This document shows positions 46,609 to 56,768 of a stretch of DNA of 64,000 nucleotides, in pieces. This stretch comes from an uncultured Desulfobacter sp. Lineage in GTDB: Bacteria; Desulfobacterota; Desulfobacteria; Desulfobacterales; Desulfobacteraceae. The stretch spans positions 2,624,001 to 2,688,000 of the forward strand of contig OY762069.1 of the NCBI GenBank assembly GCA_963665095.1, given 5' to 3'. The position numbers and the translations under genes were made by a program. Numbering within the stretch: the stretch's first letter is position 1; the number at the start of each line of letters is the position of its first letter. Below the pieces are notes generated by a model, which saw nothing but the letters and a program-made list of their open reading frames with translations, was not told the origin of the DNA and searched no databases.

Positions 46609-46956
46609 TCAATTTTTGCCGACAATATCGTGCCGGTCAATGCGTGGTAAAATCGCGGTCAACTCTTTAACCTCTTGCTCTTCCTCAAGCCAGTACTTCA
46701 GATTCCCGATCATATTGGCGGCGTACGGGGATGCACTGCCGTCGGAAAGACCGTAGTTCACCCACAATCCATCCTTAAAGCTTGTGACCAGATCCGCGTC
46801 TTCCAGAATCTTCAAATGCTTGCTTGCCGTGGACTGGGCAATCCCCAACGCGGTCTGTATCTCACAGACGCACATGGGCTTTCGTTGCAGCATTTTCATC
46901 ATTTTTACCCGGTTAGGATCGGATAACGCTTTCATGACCCTGATAAAAGCTTTCAT
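46609..46956 (-). CDS. ArsR/SmtB family repressor
   Basis: KALSDPNR, MCVCEI, QSTASKHLKIL. Confidence 0.92.
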   Translation of the reverse strand: MKAFIRVMKALSDPNRVKMMKMLQRKPMCVCEIQTALGIAQSTASKHLKILEDADLVTSFKDGLWVNYGLSDGSASPYAANMIGNLKYWLEEEQEVKELTAILPRIDRHDIVGKN

Positions 46957-47002
46957 AATCATATTCCCGTATTGTTTTGTCCGGTCTTCAGCCTAAAAGC
47001 AG

Positions 47003-47040
47003 TTTATAAATCGTTAAAAAGGAATATAGCGATTCATAAA
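47003..47040. promoter_or_regulatory. Candidate operator upstream of the ArsR-family gene
   Basis: TTTATAAATCGTTA-N10-TAGCGATTCATAAA, 12/14 inverted match. Confidence 0.5.
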
Positions 47041-47133
47041 CGTATTGTCAATAAATCAAAAATTTATTATATCGTTTTCATTGATATGTATTGAATTAGA
47101 TAAAATGTGTGACCAACATCAGGAAATAAACAA

Positions 47134-48528
47134 TTGCAGGAGCCAACGCAAACAGCACCATCCGCAGAAAAAATCATTCTGAAAATTTTTAACAAATGCG
47201 CAGGAGCCTGCGGATGTGACGTTTGCAGGCTGCATATGGAAGAGGATTGCCTGTTCTTCCCGGAACTGTACAGACTGAGTGATGAAGTCCTGGAAAAAGG
47301 GGAAACGCTTGATCAAAAGAGCCTGGCCCGTTTGCTTGACCTATGCACCCTCTGCGGATTATGTCCCTGCCCGGATGTCAGGATGCTGATCCTTGCAGCC
47401 AAGGCAGCCATGACCAGGCAAAAAGGAAGATCCCTGTCTGACGGGGTTCTTTCCGATTTACAACGGCTTGGGCAATTGGGAGGCCGGTTTAAAAAAGCCG
47501 CAAGTTTTCTCAAACATGGCAACATCCCATCAGCCTTTTTAAAAAAAGCACTGAAGATCCACGATGAAAGAGCGTTGCCCCATATGCCGGAACAAGATTT
47601 CTTTTCCTGGCATAAAAAGAGACGTCCTGATTCTTTAGCAAGGCTGCTGCCCGGGCAGGCGTCAGGGAAAGTGGTCTATTTTGCCGGATGCAGCGCCGGC
47701 TATTTTTTCCCTGAGGTGGCAAGGTCTGCTGTTCAACTGCTTGAAAATGCCGGCAAGAACGTGGAGGTTCCCGAGCAGAACTGCTGCAGCATGCCGCTGC
47801 TGATGGAGGGATGCAGACAAAAAGCACTGGAGAAAATCAAGGCCAATGTCTTCGAACTTGTCAAGGCGGTAAGAAACGGATATGCCTTTGTCTCCTCCTG
47901 TCCTACTTGCGTCTATTTTTTCAAAAAAGTGCTTCTGGAAAATGCCTATTTTTCCCCAAAAGCCCAGGAAGCCCTGAACGCCGGCAACAACCAGATGAAG
48001 GTCCCGTCGGTATCTGACAAGTTTTTATCCCTGCCCAAAAGCATATATGGCAAAATTTTACAGGATGACGGATACTTCTCATCCATTGACCCGCTTGATA
48101 GAATAGACCTTTCCAATGCGGTTATGGATCTTGGCCAGTACCTGTTATCCCTTCAGAAAGAGGCCCGGTTCGCCGTCGAACTGAACGGTACCTCAACGCC
48201 GCTAATCTACTTTGCCCCGTGCCATCAAAGAGAGCTTGACATCGGGCAACCCTATTTTAAAATTTTTTCATCCATTCCGGGAACTGATATAAAACAGGTG
48301 GGAGGTTCACTTGACTGCTGCGGCATGGCCGGCCACCTGGGGTATAAAAAATCATTCCATGACGCATCCCGGAAAATTGGCCGCCCATTGTTCAAAAAAC
48401 TTGCAACTGAAAAACACTGCACCCTGATAACGGACTGTTTAAGCTGCAGGATGCAGTTTGCCCATGAACTACCCATGGAAATATATCACCCTGTCCAGTT
48501 GCTGCAGATACGACATTCTTCTCTTTAG
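47134..48528 (+). CDS. GlpC/HdrD-like Fe-S oxidoreductase with CCG domains
   Basis: CTLCGLCPC, YFAGC, CCSMP, SCPTC, PCH, CCGMAG, DCLSC. Confidence 0.85.
   Translation: MQEPTQTAPSAEKIILKIFNKCAGACGCDVCRLHMEEDCLFFPELYRLSDEVLEKGETLDQKSLARLLDLCTLCGLCPCPDVRMLILAAKAAMTRQKGRSLSDGVLSDLQRLGQLGGRFKKAASFLKHGNIPSAFLKKALKIHDERALPHMPEQDFFSWHKKRRPDSLARLLPGQASGKVVYFAGCSAGYFFPEVARSAVQLLENAGKNVEVPEQNCCSMPLLMEGCRQKALEKIKANVFELVKAVRNGYAFVSSCPTCVYFFKKVLLENAYFSPKAQEALNAGNNQMKVPSVSDKFLSLPKSIYGKILQDDGYFSSIDPLDRIDLSNAVMDLGQYLLSLQKEARFAVELNGTSTPLIYFAPCHQRELDIGQPYFKIFSSIPGTDIKQVGGSLDCCGMAGHLGYKKSFHDASRKIGRPLFKKLATEKHCTLITDCLSCRMQFAHELPMEIYHPVQLLQIRHSSL
47558..48510 (+). repeat. Direct repeat, copy A of the glpC-like 3' segment (copy B at 57853-58800)
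   Basis: Long near-identical stretches at an offset of 10,291 bp. Confidence 0.95.
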
Positions 48529-48542
48529 TATCTGTCGGGTGA

Positions 48543-49697
48543 TCATATGGTAATGTCATATCCTGAAAACAAATAGGCATCCCAGCTTCCACCGGACGGC
48601 CGGATCAGCCAGAAAATACTATACTGGCCTGACATCAGTGTATATGAGTTCGGGCTGGTGAAGGTGGCGGTCACATTGCCCGTGGAATTGGACAGATACG
48701 GGGTCAGGGTATCCGTCAGGCTGCCGCTTGAATCAGGATAATACACATTCCCTTCCGGCGTGACAATCATGATATACAGATCAAAAGCCGATTCATACTG
48801 CCCTATATTTAATGAAAACCTGACCCAACCCGATGCATCCGACACCTGGACCGGTGCGGCCAGAATATCTGATTCCGAGGTCAGCCGGTTAAATGTCGGT
48901 GATGTAGGCAGGGTGAGTATCATGGGGGCAGGTTCAAGAACGATATTTAATTCGGTGCGCTGGGCTTCGTCCACGTCTATGACCGTGGAATAATCCGAGT
49001 ATCCGCTTTTTGTGGCGTAAAGGGTAAACTGTCCGGCCGGGCATTGAAGGAAATAAAATCCGTCTGATTCGGAAACCGTTGCGGAAAAGTCATTCTCAAT
49101 TCGGATGGCGACCCCTTCAACAGGTGCGCCTCCGGAACTGTCCGTGATGATACCATCCACGGTTCCTGAAAAAGGGGCCACGGGAAAATAGATGGACAGG
49201 CTGTATCCGGTATTTTCACCATAGTTTGAGGAATCCTTGTTTTTAATCCTGACATAATAGGTACCGTCGTTATCAGGCCGGAAGGACATGAGATTCACCC
49301 CGGAGGAAAGCGTAAACTGCTGCTCTGCGAGCTGGGTGGTTTTATCGGAGTCAAACAGGGTGATAACAGTTTCGCAGTTTTCTTCAGGGTTATAGGTCTT
49401 GATCTCCAGCGCATCGAAATCCTGCATGGTGCTGAAGCGGACCCAGTCTTCATCCCCGCTGTCATGAAAGCCATGGGACTGAAGGGTTGTGGAGAAAAGA
49501 TAATAGACCGATGACGTATCCACCGTATCATCGTCCTCATAACTGTCCGGCATGCCCTGGGACCAGGCCGATGAAGCAGCCAGCACAGCAAAAAGAAAAA
49601 AGAGTCCAAGTATTTTCCGGCATTCTATTTTTGACCCGTATTCTATTTTTGATTCGATCATTTCAGCCATATTCTTAACCCGCCTTGTTGATACCAT
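48543..49697 (-). CDS. Exported protein with PPC-like and carboxypeptidase-regulatory-like domains
   Basis: Signal peptide, GDEDWVRF, GTYYVRI, GTVDGIITDS..GAPVEGV; start uncertain. Confidence 0.7.
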   Translation of the reverse strand: MVSTRRVKNMAEMIESKIEYGSKIECRKILGLFFLFAVLAASSAWSQGMPDSYEDDDTVDTSSVYYLFSTTLQSHGFHDSGDEDWVRFSTMQDFDALEIKTYNPEENCETVITLFDSDKTTQLAEQQFTLSSGVNLMSFRPDNDGTYYVRIKNKDSSNYGENTGYSLSIYFPVAPFSGTVDGIITDSSGGAPVEGVAIRIENDFSATVSESDGFYFLQCPAGQFTLYATKSGYSDYSTVIDVDEAQRTELNIVLEPAPMILTLPTSPTFNRLTSESDILAAPVQVSDASGWVRFSLNIGQYESAFDLYIMIVTPEGNVYYPDSSGSLTDTLTPYLSNSTGNVTATFTSPNSYTLMSGQYSIFWLIRPSGGSWDAYLFSGYDITI

Positions 49698-51132
49698 GTA
49701 AATATATAATCAGGGAAAAAAAGATCTGATGTTCCTCCACATCCATGCTTGACGATGAGCCGCCCAGTTCCACTTCACGGACATCATGTCCAAACCGGTA
49801 CTGATAGGAGAGATCAAACACCAGATTTTTATACAGGACCCCGCTTCCCAGCGTGATACCGAAAAAATCATCCGGTGTGCCGTCGCTGGGTTCCGGATCG
49901 TAAAACACGCCGCACCGCAATGGAATCACAGTCTTTTCCAGGATAAACAGATATTCCATGCCAAGCCTCACCTGGGTGGTGGGAGAGATATCGGTATCGC
50001 CTGTTTCCTTTCCGGAGACAGGGCTGATCTTCCGGCCGTCTGAAGTAACAATATAGTAATCCTGCCAATGGGTCCGGTAAATATCAACCCCGAAGCTCAG
50101 GGCATCGCTGAGCCTTGCAGAAAGACCCATTCCGTATGACATGGGCATGTTCATCTTCTCGTCGGACAGGGTAACCGTATTGGTTTGGACAGTATCCTGG
50201 CAGGACGAATAGTAATGGGTATGGGACAGGTCTGCCTCAAATTCTGATTTAAACACACCGCCCAGCGTAAAAATGCGGTTTATATCCCATAAAAAGCCAA
50301 AGTGAAAATTCATGCCGGAAAAATCATACTGATCGGAATGCTCGACCCGGGACAGGAATGATCCGGATGTCCTTTGAACCTCAATCTGTTCTGAATAGTC
50401 CGCCTGCCAGGTATTGTCATGGATGAAATCCTCCCAGAAATTTATCGTGAATCCCAGAGATAAATAAGGAGTCAGCTGGACGGCCCCGGCGGGAGAAAAG
50501 GTAAAAAGGTCCCCCTTTTGGTTCAGCCGGTAAAGATATTTCGAAGAATAGGTTGAATAGTCTCTTGAAAAGGACAGCACCTGTTCCTTGTCGAAATTGA
50601 ACATGTGCTGGTAGTTCAGCGACACGGTGGCATTCCGTTCATAAGCCAGGAACGGATAGGCAAGGCTCAAATAGTTGAGGTTTTTCCCGGAGGTATCAAG
50701 CGAGCCGGATGATTCCGGGAAACTGTCATAACAGGTATCCTCAAAGCGTTTGAAAAAAGCACCGACAAGTGACATTTCCGGTTTTTCAAGCTGGATCAGA
50801 CCACCTGGATTCCAGGATGCAGCGGTGGCATCATCGGCCACGGCAATAAACGCCCCCGCCATCCCGGCAGCCCTTGCGCCGGATCCCACAGGGTTGGGCG
50901 AAGAGGTGATCATGATCCGGTCATCCAGGATCGAAACCGACAGGACAATTCCCGGAAAACCCAGGACCAGGATGCCAGCGAAGACAGCCGCCAGGCAATT
51001 TTCTGCCCAGTTCCTTTTTAATCTGAAATTGACTAAAAAAATGGCTCTTCTCCTGTTTGATCCACATTGATGGAAAATCCGGCAATGGGGATACCGGTAG
51101 GATCTACATTGTCCGTATCCCTTGTCATCCAT
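49675..51132 (-). CDS. FadL/OmpP1/PorV-like outer-membrane beta-barrel
   Basis: GSGARAAGMAGAFIAVADDATAASWNPGGL, amphipathic strands; true start uncertain, probably near 51030. Confidence 0.8.
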   Translation of the reverse strand: MDDKGYGQCRSYRYPHCRIFHQCGSNRRRAIFLVNFRLKRNWAENCLAAVFAGILVLGFPGIVLSVSILDDRIMITSSPNPVGSGARAAGMAGAFIAVADDATAASWNPGGLIQLEKPEMSLVGAFFKRFEDTCYDSFPESSGSLDTSGKNLNYLSLAYPFLAYERNATVSLNYQHMFNFDKEQVLSFSRDYSTYSSKYLYRLNQKGDLFTFSPAGAVQLTPYLSLGFTINFWEDFIHDNTWQADYSEQIEVQRTSGSFLSRVEHSDQYDFSGMNFHFGFLWDINRIFTLGGVFKSEFEADLSHTHYYSSCQDTVQTNTVTLSDEKMNMPMSYGMGLSARLSDALSFGVDIYRTHWQDYYIVTSDGRKISPVSGKETGDTDISPTTQVRLGMEYLFILEKTVIPLRCGVFYDPEPSDGTPDDFFGITLGSGVLYKNLVFDLSYQYRFGHDVREVELGGSSSSMDVEEHQIFFSLIIYLHGINKAG

Positions 51133-52097
51133 ACCACCACAACATACCTGCCGGCACTGCTGAAGGTATAATCAATGGCATTTGTCGACACCCATTCGGT
51201 ATCGGTCATCGAAGACCAGTTTGTGCCGTCATATCTGTCTGTTCCGTAGTCCGGATGCATGGAGAACCGGTAATAGACCGTTTCATCTGAATCCGCCAGG
51301 GTGCTGACGGACAACGTTACCGGGCTTTGAACCTCCTGGATACCCGAAATACTGCAGGAGGAAATATCAACACCTGAGCTTTGTGCAACACTTGCACTTT
51401 CCAGAATTTCAATGGAAAAGCCGATAATGGGAATGCCTGTGGCATTTACCCCGATGTGTGTATCTGAAATCCATACCACCACAATATACCTGCCTGCACT
51501 GCTGAAGGCATAATCGATGGCATTTGTCGACACCCATTCGGTATCGGTCATCAAAGACCATTGTGTGCCGTCATATTCGTCGGTTCCGTAGTCCGGATGC
51601 ATGGAGAACCGGTAATTCAGGTCGGAATCGCCGCTGTCCTGTGCGCTGATCGAAAAGGAAACCGGCCTATTGACGACCCGCGTCCCGGATATGCTCAAAC
51701 CGGACATCTTTATCTTGCAAGTGGAGAAAACAACATCACTGCCGTTGACAACGCCGTTGATGCTGAATGCCACCAGCCTGAAATGATAGGAGGCACCCTC
51801 CATCAGCCCGGTAATGGTTTCACTGACAGATACCGCATCCGCTCCAAGTCCGGCACTTTTAAGTTCCGTGGTCTTCCCGTAACCGGTACCGGAGCCATAC
51901 TGAAAGTAGTACATGGTGAGATTGGACCCGGGATTGACTGTCCCGTTCAGTACCGCGCTCTGCCCGGAAACGCCTGAAGTGCTGCCGGTGACAACGACCG
52001 GCACGGATTCGGATGCACTGGAACAGGGTATAAGACAGAAGGCAACGATTACAGAAAAGGTGCACCAGGCAATAAAAGCCAAGAAAAATTTTCTCAT
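51033..52097 (-). CDS. Exported protein: FnIII-like domain plus two copies of a C-terminal repeat domain
   Basis: Signal peptide, AVLNGTVNP..YYFQYG..YHFRLVA, 2x YRFSMHPDYGT..MTDTEWVS..GRY(I/V)VVVW. Confidence 0.8.
   Translation of the reverse strand: MRKFFLAFIAWCTFSVIVAFCLIPCSSASESVPVVVTGSTSGVSGQSAVLNGTVNPGSNLTMYYFQYGSGTGYGKTTELKSAGLGADAVSVSETITGLMEGASYHFRLVAFSINGVVNGSDVVFSTCKIKMSGLSISGTRVVNRPVSFSISAQDSGDSDLNYRFSMHPDYGTDEYDGTQWSLMTDTEWVSTNAIDYAFSSAGRYIVVVWISDTHIGVNATGIPIIGFSIEILESASVAQSSGVDISSCSISGIQEVQSPVTLSVSTLADSDETVYYRFSMHPDYGTDRYDGTNWSSMTDTEWVSTNAIDYTFSSAGRYVVVVWMTRDTDNVDPTGIPIAGFSINVDQTGEEPFF
51129..51615. repeat. Intragenic ~145-bp near-identical direct repeat, 342-bp period
   Basis: 51129-51273 matches 51471-51615; more diverged copies at ~52230-52375 and ~52555-52700. 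Confidence 0.9.
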
Positions 52098-52156
52098 TTT
52101 TCCCCCAAGGTATTGCGTTGGGTGGTAAAGTCAAAATTATTATTTACCCAATATTA

Positions 52157-55100
52157 TTATTCAATCTCCACAGACCACCCTATGATCGGAACGTCGGTGG
52201 CGTCCACATCACCGGTATCCGTCGCCGCCCATACCACCACGATGTATTTGCCGGACTGCGTAAAGGTGTAGGAGATTGAACCGGAGGATATCCACTCCGT
52301 GTCCGTCATCTGCAACCAGTGTTCGCTGTCATAGGAAGCGGTTCCGTAGTCGGGATGCACTGAAAAACGGTAATTCATGGAAGAACTGCAACCGTCATCC
52401 GCCGTGACGGTAAATGCCGTACTGGAATTGACCGTTTTATCGCCAGCGGCTGAAAAGGAGGTGAAGTTGACCGGACAGCTATTTTCACTGATATTAAGAG
52501 AGCACCCAAGTATAGGTATGCCCGTTGCCCCGACACCTTCCGTGCTCTCCGATACCCATACGACCACAATGTATTTCCCCGTCTGGGTAAAGGTATAGCT
52601 GACGGCATTGGAGGATACCCACTCCGTATCGGTCATGCTGCGCCAGTGCTGACCGTCATACCCGCTGGTGCCGTAATCCGGGTGAACGGAAAACCGGTAG
52701 TACAGGACCGCGTCCTCTTCATGGGAGGCACTGACCAAAAAGGTCACCGGGCTGTTAACTGATAGATCCCCGAAAATGCTTAAGCCTGTTATGTCGATGC
52801 TGTGCTGTCCTGCGGACTGGGTTACACTGGTGTTGACCGGAAAAGAGATACTGCCGAAAGCATCTTCGGCATACACGGCAACATTGTAGGTGCCGGACTG
52901 TGAAAAATCGGTGTAGGTACCGCTGTACATGCCCTGACTGTCTGCTGTCATTTCGATCACGGGCAGGGTCAGCACCGGCTCCGACGGGTCGACAGATGAA
53001 CTGTCCGGCGGCGTGATCACGGCCCAGACCCTTGAAATCCCGTTGGCGTCCACAATATTCCGGGCCCATACCGTGGCCGTGGAAGACCCGTCGGAAAGGG
53101 TCTGCGCAGGGGATATGGAACCGATCACCGGAATATCATCCGCCGAGACAACTCCATTGCCGATATAGATGGTTCCGGCAATATTCCCTTCACTGATTTC
53201 GTTGGGCAGGCCGTTTCCGGTATCGTCCAAACCCGGGGTTTGATTCGCATAGGTGTATTCCACAGCATTTTTGGTAGAAATAAATGCATCGCCGATACTC
53301 ATGCCGTTAAAAATGCATCCCCAGAACAGATAGGAAAACGAAAGGGAACCGCCGGACGTAAAATAGGCGCGTTCATCCTCCCCGGCGCTGGTCACCAGTA
53401 TCCTGGTGGTTCCGGAAGAAGGTGCAAGCGGAGCCAGAAAGCTCCCTGACTGACAGGCATCATAAATCAGAGCCACATTCCCCGTAATGGCGGTTTCGGC
53501 CTGTGAAATCCAGGCGTTCAGATCGGCTGCGCTTAACAGTTCAGACTCACTGAGCCTGAATGTCTGATTCCCCCCGTGATCGGTGATATAAATCACAAGA
53601 TCATCTGCATCCGATGCCCAGGAGGTGATGGCATACTGAAGATTCGCCTTTGTGGCATCAGCATCCACATCATCAAACGCTCCGTTGCCGTCCAGGTCCA
53701 GATCGGAATCGGCGCTCAGATAATAGATCGTCTCTTTTGAGAATCCCTGGTACATCAGTACCCGGTATGCGTAATTGGTACACACCTGGGTGGCATCCCA
53801 CAGGGTATTTCCCGAATAGGGACCTCCGCCGGCAACAATAATGGCTTTCTGTGTTCCGGTTTCAGAATCGGTCTGGGTCCCGCCCCTTGAAAACACCTGG
53901 ACGCGGTTATTGGGGGCTTCGCCCACATAAAGACGGTCCCCATCAGGGGATACGGCAATGGCAGCCGGCCGGCTGAACATCCCCGGATCCGTTCCCATAG
54001 AGCCCACCACCTCGGTCAGATCCCCGCTGCTGTTAAAAATCAGAATCCGGTGGCCCCACCGGTCGGCAACATAAAAATTACCGTTCTGGTCAAAGGCGAG
54101 CCTGCTCGGATCATTCATGTTTTCATCTGTATTGAAATCCCCGGTGATTCTTTCAACAAACACCCCTGCGGACGTGTACTTTTTTATAGAAGAATCTTCC
54201 TGTTCAGATACGTACATATTGCCCTGTGCATCAACTGCGACATCTGCAGGATAAAGAAACTGAGAATCGCCGGTACCCTCTGTGCCGAGTTGCGAAAGGA
54301 AGGTGCCGTCTGAAGCAAATTTCTGGATCCTGTAATTGCCGGCATCCACCACATACACATTTCCGGAACTGTCAAGCCCGATCCCCCGGGGTTCTTTGAA
54401 CTGGCCGTCACCACTTCCCTCGGATCCCCACTGGGACAGATAATCTCCATCAAGATTAAATGTCTGAATCCGGTGGTTGTAGGAATCCACCACATAAACC
54501 GTACCGGAGCTGCTGACGGCAATATCCTCCGGGTTATTAAACCTGCCGGCGACCGCTCCGTTTTCTCCCCAGGCAGTGATAAACTGCCCGGTGGAGGAAA
54601 ATTTCTGGATCCGGTGGTTGCCGTTATCACAAACGTAAAGATATCCATCCGAATCCAGTGCGAGTCCTGAGGGATTGTCAAAGGTGCCTGTATCTCTTCC
54701 TGCACCTCCCCAATTGGCGATAAACCGGCTCTGGGAAAACTTCCGGATACCCGGATCTCCGGCATCGCTGACATACACATGCCCGCTGCTGTCAACGCTT
54801 ATGCCTGCCGGATAAGAAAAAATGAGTTCCTCGGTTCCGGAATATTCCCATCCTGTAATGCCGTAGCTGCCGACATATACACCGTCCGAAGTGAACTGTT
54901 TGACATTATAAGTATCCGCCACCCAGATATTCCCTGAATCATCTGCATAGATATCGCCCCGGCATACGCTGTCCCCATCGCTGAAATCTAAATTCCATGG
55001 ATCATCCCCCTCTTCTCCCCATTGGGTCACATAGGTACCATCGGATGTAAATTTCTGGACCCGGCAGTTGTCTGCATCCACCACATAGACATAGCCGCTG

Positions 55101-55708
55101 TTGTCCACGGAAATGGCACTCGGAGAGCTCATCTGGCCGTTGCCGCTCCCCTGGCTTCCCCACCGGGCAGCCAGGGCACCGTCCGGACTGTACCTGCTGA
55201 CGTTGTGATGATCCAGGTCGGTCACATAAATATAACCGGAACTGTCAACGGCAATCCCGGAAAACGATTTGTATATATCCTCACCACCTGAATAGGTCTC
55301 AAACCCGTCCAGGTATTCCCCATTGGACGAAAATTTCTGAACCCGGTAATTGTGCCGGTCACAGATATACACATTACCGGAGCCATCAACGGCAATGGCC
55401 GTGGGTCCGCTCAGTTTCCCCGCACTGGAACCTGCCACCCCCCATTTTAGGACAAACTGCCCGTCTGTCGTGAATTTCTGAATCCGGTCCAGCTCCAGGT
55501 CGACCACATAAAAATAGCCGCTGCTGTCAACCGCAATATCCTTTGGGTATGAGAAATACCAGGGCTGGGAAAGGGCCGGCCACATGCGCTCAAATCCCAG
55601 CGCATCAGATTCGGCCCGGGCAGGAATGGCAAAAACGGGGAGAATGAAAAATATCAAAAGAATACATGCCATGACCTTTTTTCCGGTCAAATAATGTAAA
55701 CTCGTCAT
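52157..55708 (-). CDS. Exported NHL-repeat beta-propeller / C13 caspase-like peptidase / repeat-domain protein
   Basis: Signal peptide; about 12 NHL repeats (P.GIAVD..G.VYV.D..N.RIQKF); KAIIVAGG, TDHGG, DACQSG dyad; two C-terminal repeats shared with 51033..52097. Confidence 0.88.
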   Translation of the reverse strand: MTSLHYLTGKKVMACILLIFFILPVFAIPARAESDALGFERMWPALSQPWYFSYPKDIAVDSSGYFYVVDLELDRIQKFTTDGQFVLKWGVAGSSAGKLSGPTAIAVDGSGNVYICDRHNYRVQKFSSNGEYLDGFETYSGGEDIYKSFSGIAVDSSGYIYVTDLDHHNVSRYSPDGALAARWGSQGSGNGQMSSPSAISVDNSGYVYVVDADNCRVQKFTSDGTYVTQWGEEGDDPWNLDFSDGDSVCRGDIYADDSGNIWVADTYNVKQFTSDGVYVGSYGITGWEYSGTEELIFSYPAGISVDSSGHVYVSDAGDPGIRKFSQSRFIANWGGAGRDTGTFDNPSGLALDSDGYLYVCDNGNHRIQKFSSTGQFITAWGENGAVAGRFNNPEDIAVSSSGTVYVVDSYNHRIQTFNLDGDYLSQWGSEGSGDGQFKEPRGIGLDSSGNVYVVDAGNYRIQKFASDGTFLSQLGTEGTGDSQFLYPADVAVDAQGNMYVSEQEDSSIKKYTSAGVFVERITGDFNTDENMNDPSRLAFDQNGNFYVADRWGHRILIFNSSGDLTEVVGSMGTDPGMFSRPAAIAVSPDGDRLYVGEAPNNRVQVFSRGGTQTDSETGTQKAIIVAGGGPYSGNTLWDATQVCTNYAYRVLMYQGFSKETIYYLSADSDLDLDGNGAFDDVDADATKANLQYAITSWASDADDLVIYITDHGGNQTFRLSESELLSAADLNAWISQAETAITGNVALIYDACQSGSFLAPLAPSSGTTRILVTSAGEDERAYFTSGGSLSFSYLFWGCIFNGMSIGDAFISTKNAVEYTYANQTPGLDDTGNGLPNEISEGNIAGTIYIGNGVVSADDIPVIGSISPAQTLSDGSSTATVWARNIVDANGISRVWAVITPPDSSSVDPSEPVLTLPVIEMTADSQGMYSGTYTDFSQSGTYNVAVYAEDAFGSISFPVNTSVTQSAGQHSIDITGLSIFGDLSVNSPVTFLVSASHEEDAVLYYRFSVHPDYGTSGYDGQHWRSMTDTEWVSSNAVSYTFTQTGKYIVVVWVSESTEGVGATGIPILGCSLNISENSCPVNFTSFSAAGDKTVNSSTAFTVTADDGCSSSMNYRFSVHPDYGTASYDSEHWLQMTDTEWISSGSISYTFTQSGKYIVVVWAATDTGDVDATDVPIIGWSVEIE

Positions 55709-55848
55709 GCCGGAACCCCTTTATGAACGTTATTTTTAAAAAGAAATTATTTTAACATATCAGAATTACAAAAGAATTAAAAGACAGTGACTTGCCCCCA
55801 TTTGTCTACCTGGGGCTGTCTGACCCAGAATACCGCCTTAAGACCTCT

Positions 55849-56075
55849 TTAATGCACCTGGGCGGTCTGGTTCGCCAGGTCCTTGATCCCATTGGCAACG
55901 ACGGCAAAGCCTTTGCCGGCCTCCCCTGCCCTCGCAGCTTCAATGATGGCGTTCAAGGCCAAAAGATTGGTCTGTTCGGAAATATCGGTTAGGTTTTAAC
56001 CTCTTTACCGATATCCAGGGCAAAACGGCCCAGGACCCCATTTTTTTCAGATGCATTCCGGGTTTTGGCAAAGGT
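55849..56075 (-). pseudogene. Methyl-accepting chemotaxis protein signalling-domain remnant
   Basis: Manual translation [43 protein letters not shown] then stop; frameshift near 55990. Confidence 0.88.
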
Positions 56076-56300
56076 ATTATGCCAGGGCCATGAATTTTTT
56101 CCGCGGCGGTTTTGTACACGGATTTTGGATTCTGTTTTATAAATTCAATTCTTCTCAAGCAGGACTTTGATGTTTTAACTTTCTCCCATCAAATGGGAAC
56201 CCCGCTTTTACCCTTGTATCAGCACCTCATATCAACTATATCTTCAATGCCATATATCATAACCGTCCATAAAAATAGGGGTATAATTCAGGAGTGAAGA

Positions 56301-56768
56301 ATGTCTTTAGAAGCTGTCATTGAATACTTTTCAGAATATGATATGAATCATCGTGTCATGGTTTTATAAAATTCCATAGCGACTGTTAAAGAAGCTGCCC
56401 AGGTACATGGAGTAGACCCTGACCAAATAGGGAAAACTTTGTCGTTCATGGTAGATGAAAAACCTATTTTAAGTGTTGTTGCTGGCAACGCTAAAATTGA
56501 TAATAAAAAATACAAAGGTACATTTTTCAAGAAAGCTAAAATGCTCAGTAAAGATGAGGCCCTTGAGCATTCTGGACATGCCGTCGGTGGCATTTGTCCT
56601 TTCGGGCTGAAGGCACCGATTGACGTATATCTGGATGTGTCGTTGAAAAAACATGCAGAAATTATCCCGGCTGCCGGTGATAGCTGCTCTTCGATAAAAT
56701 TGACTATTGAAGAGCTTAAGCAATATTCAAACTGCAAAGAATGGGTTGATGTTTGTAAGTATGATTGA
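56301..56768 (+). pseudogene. YbaK/EbsC family protein with a premature stop
   Basis: AGGAG RBS, MSLEAVIEYF...; in-frame TAA at 56367-56369; frame continues through IGKTL and GHAVGGICPFG. Confidence 0.85.

Noticed and set aside
40790..46956. Hidden selenoproteins in the thiol-redox cluster
   Set aside because: The redox motifs I read are all Cys-encoded and I found no in-frame TGA splitting a recognisable domain
51060..55560. CRISPR array or DGR template/variable repeat pair
   Set aside because: Repeats are in-frame protein domain repeats with no spacers, mismatches are not adenine-specific, and there is no cas or reverse transcriptase gene
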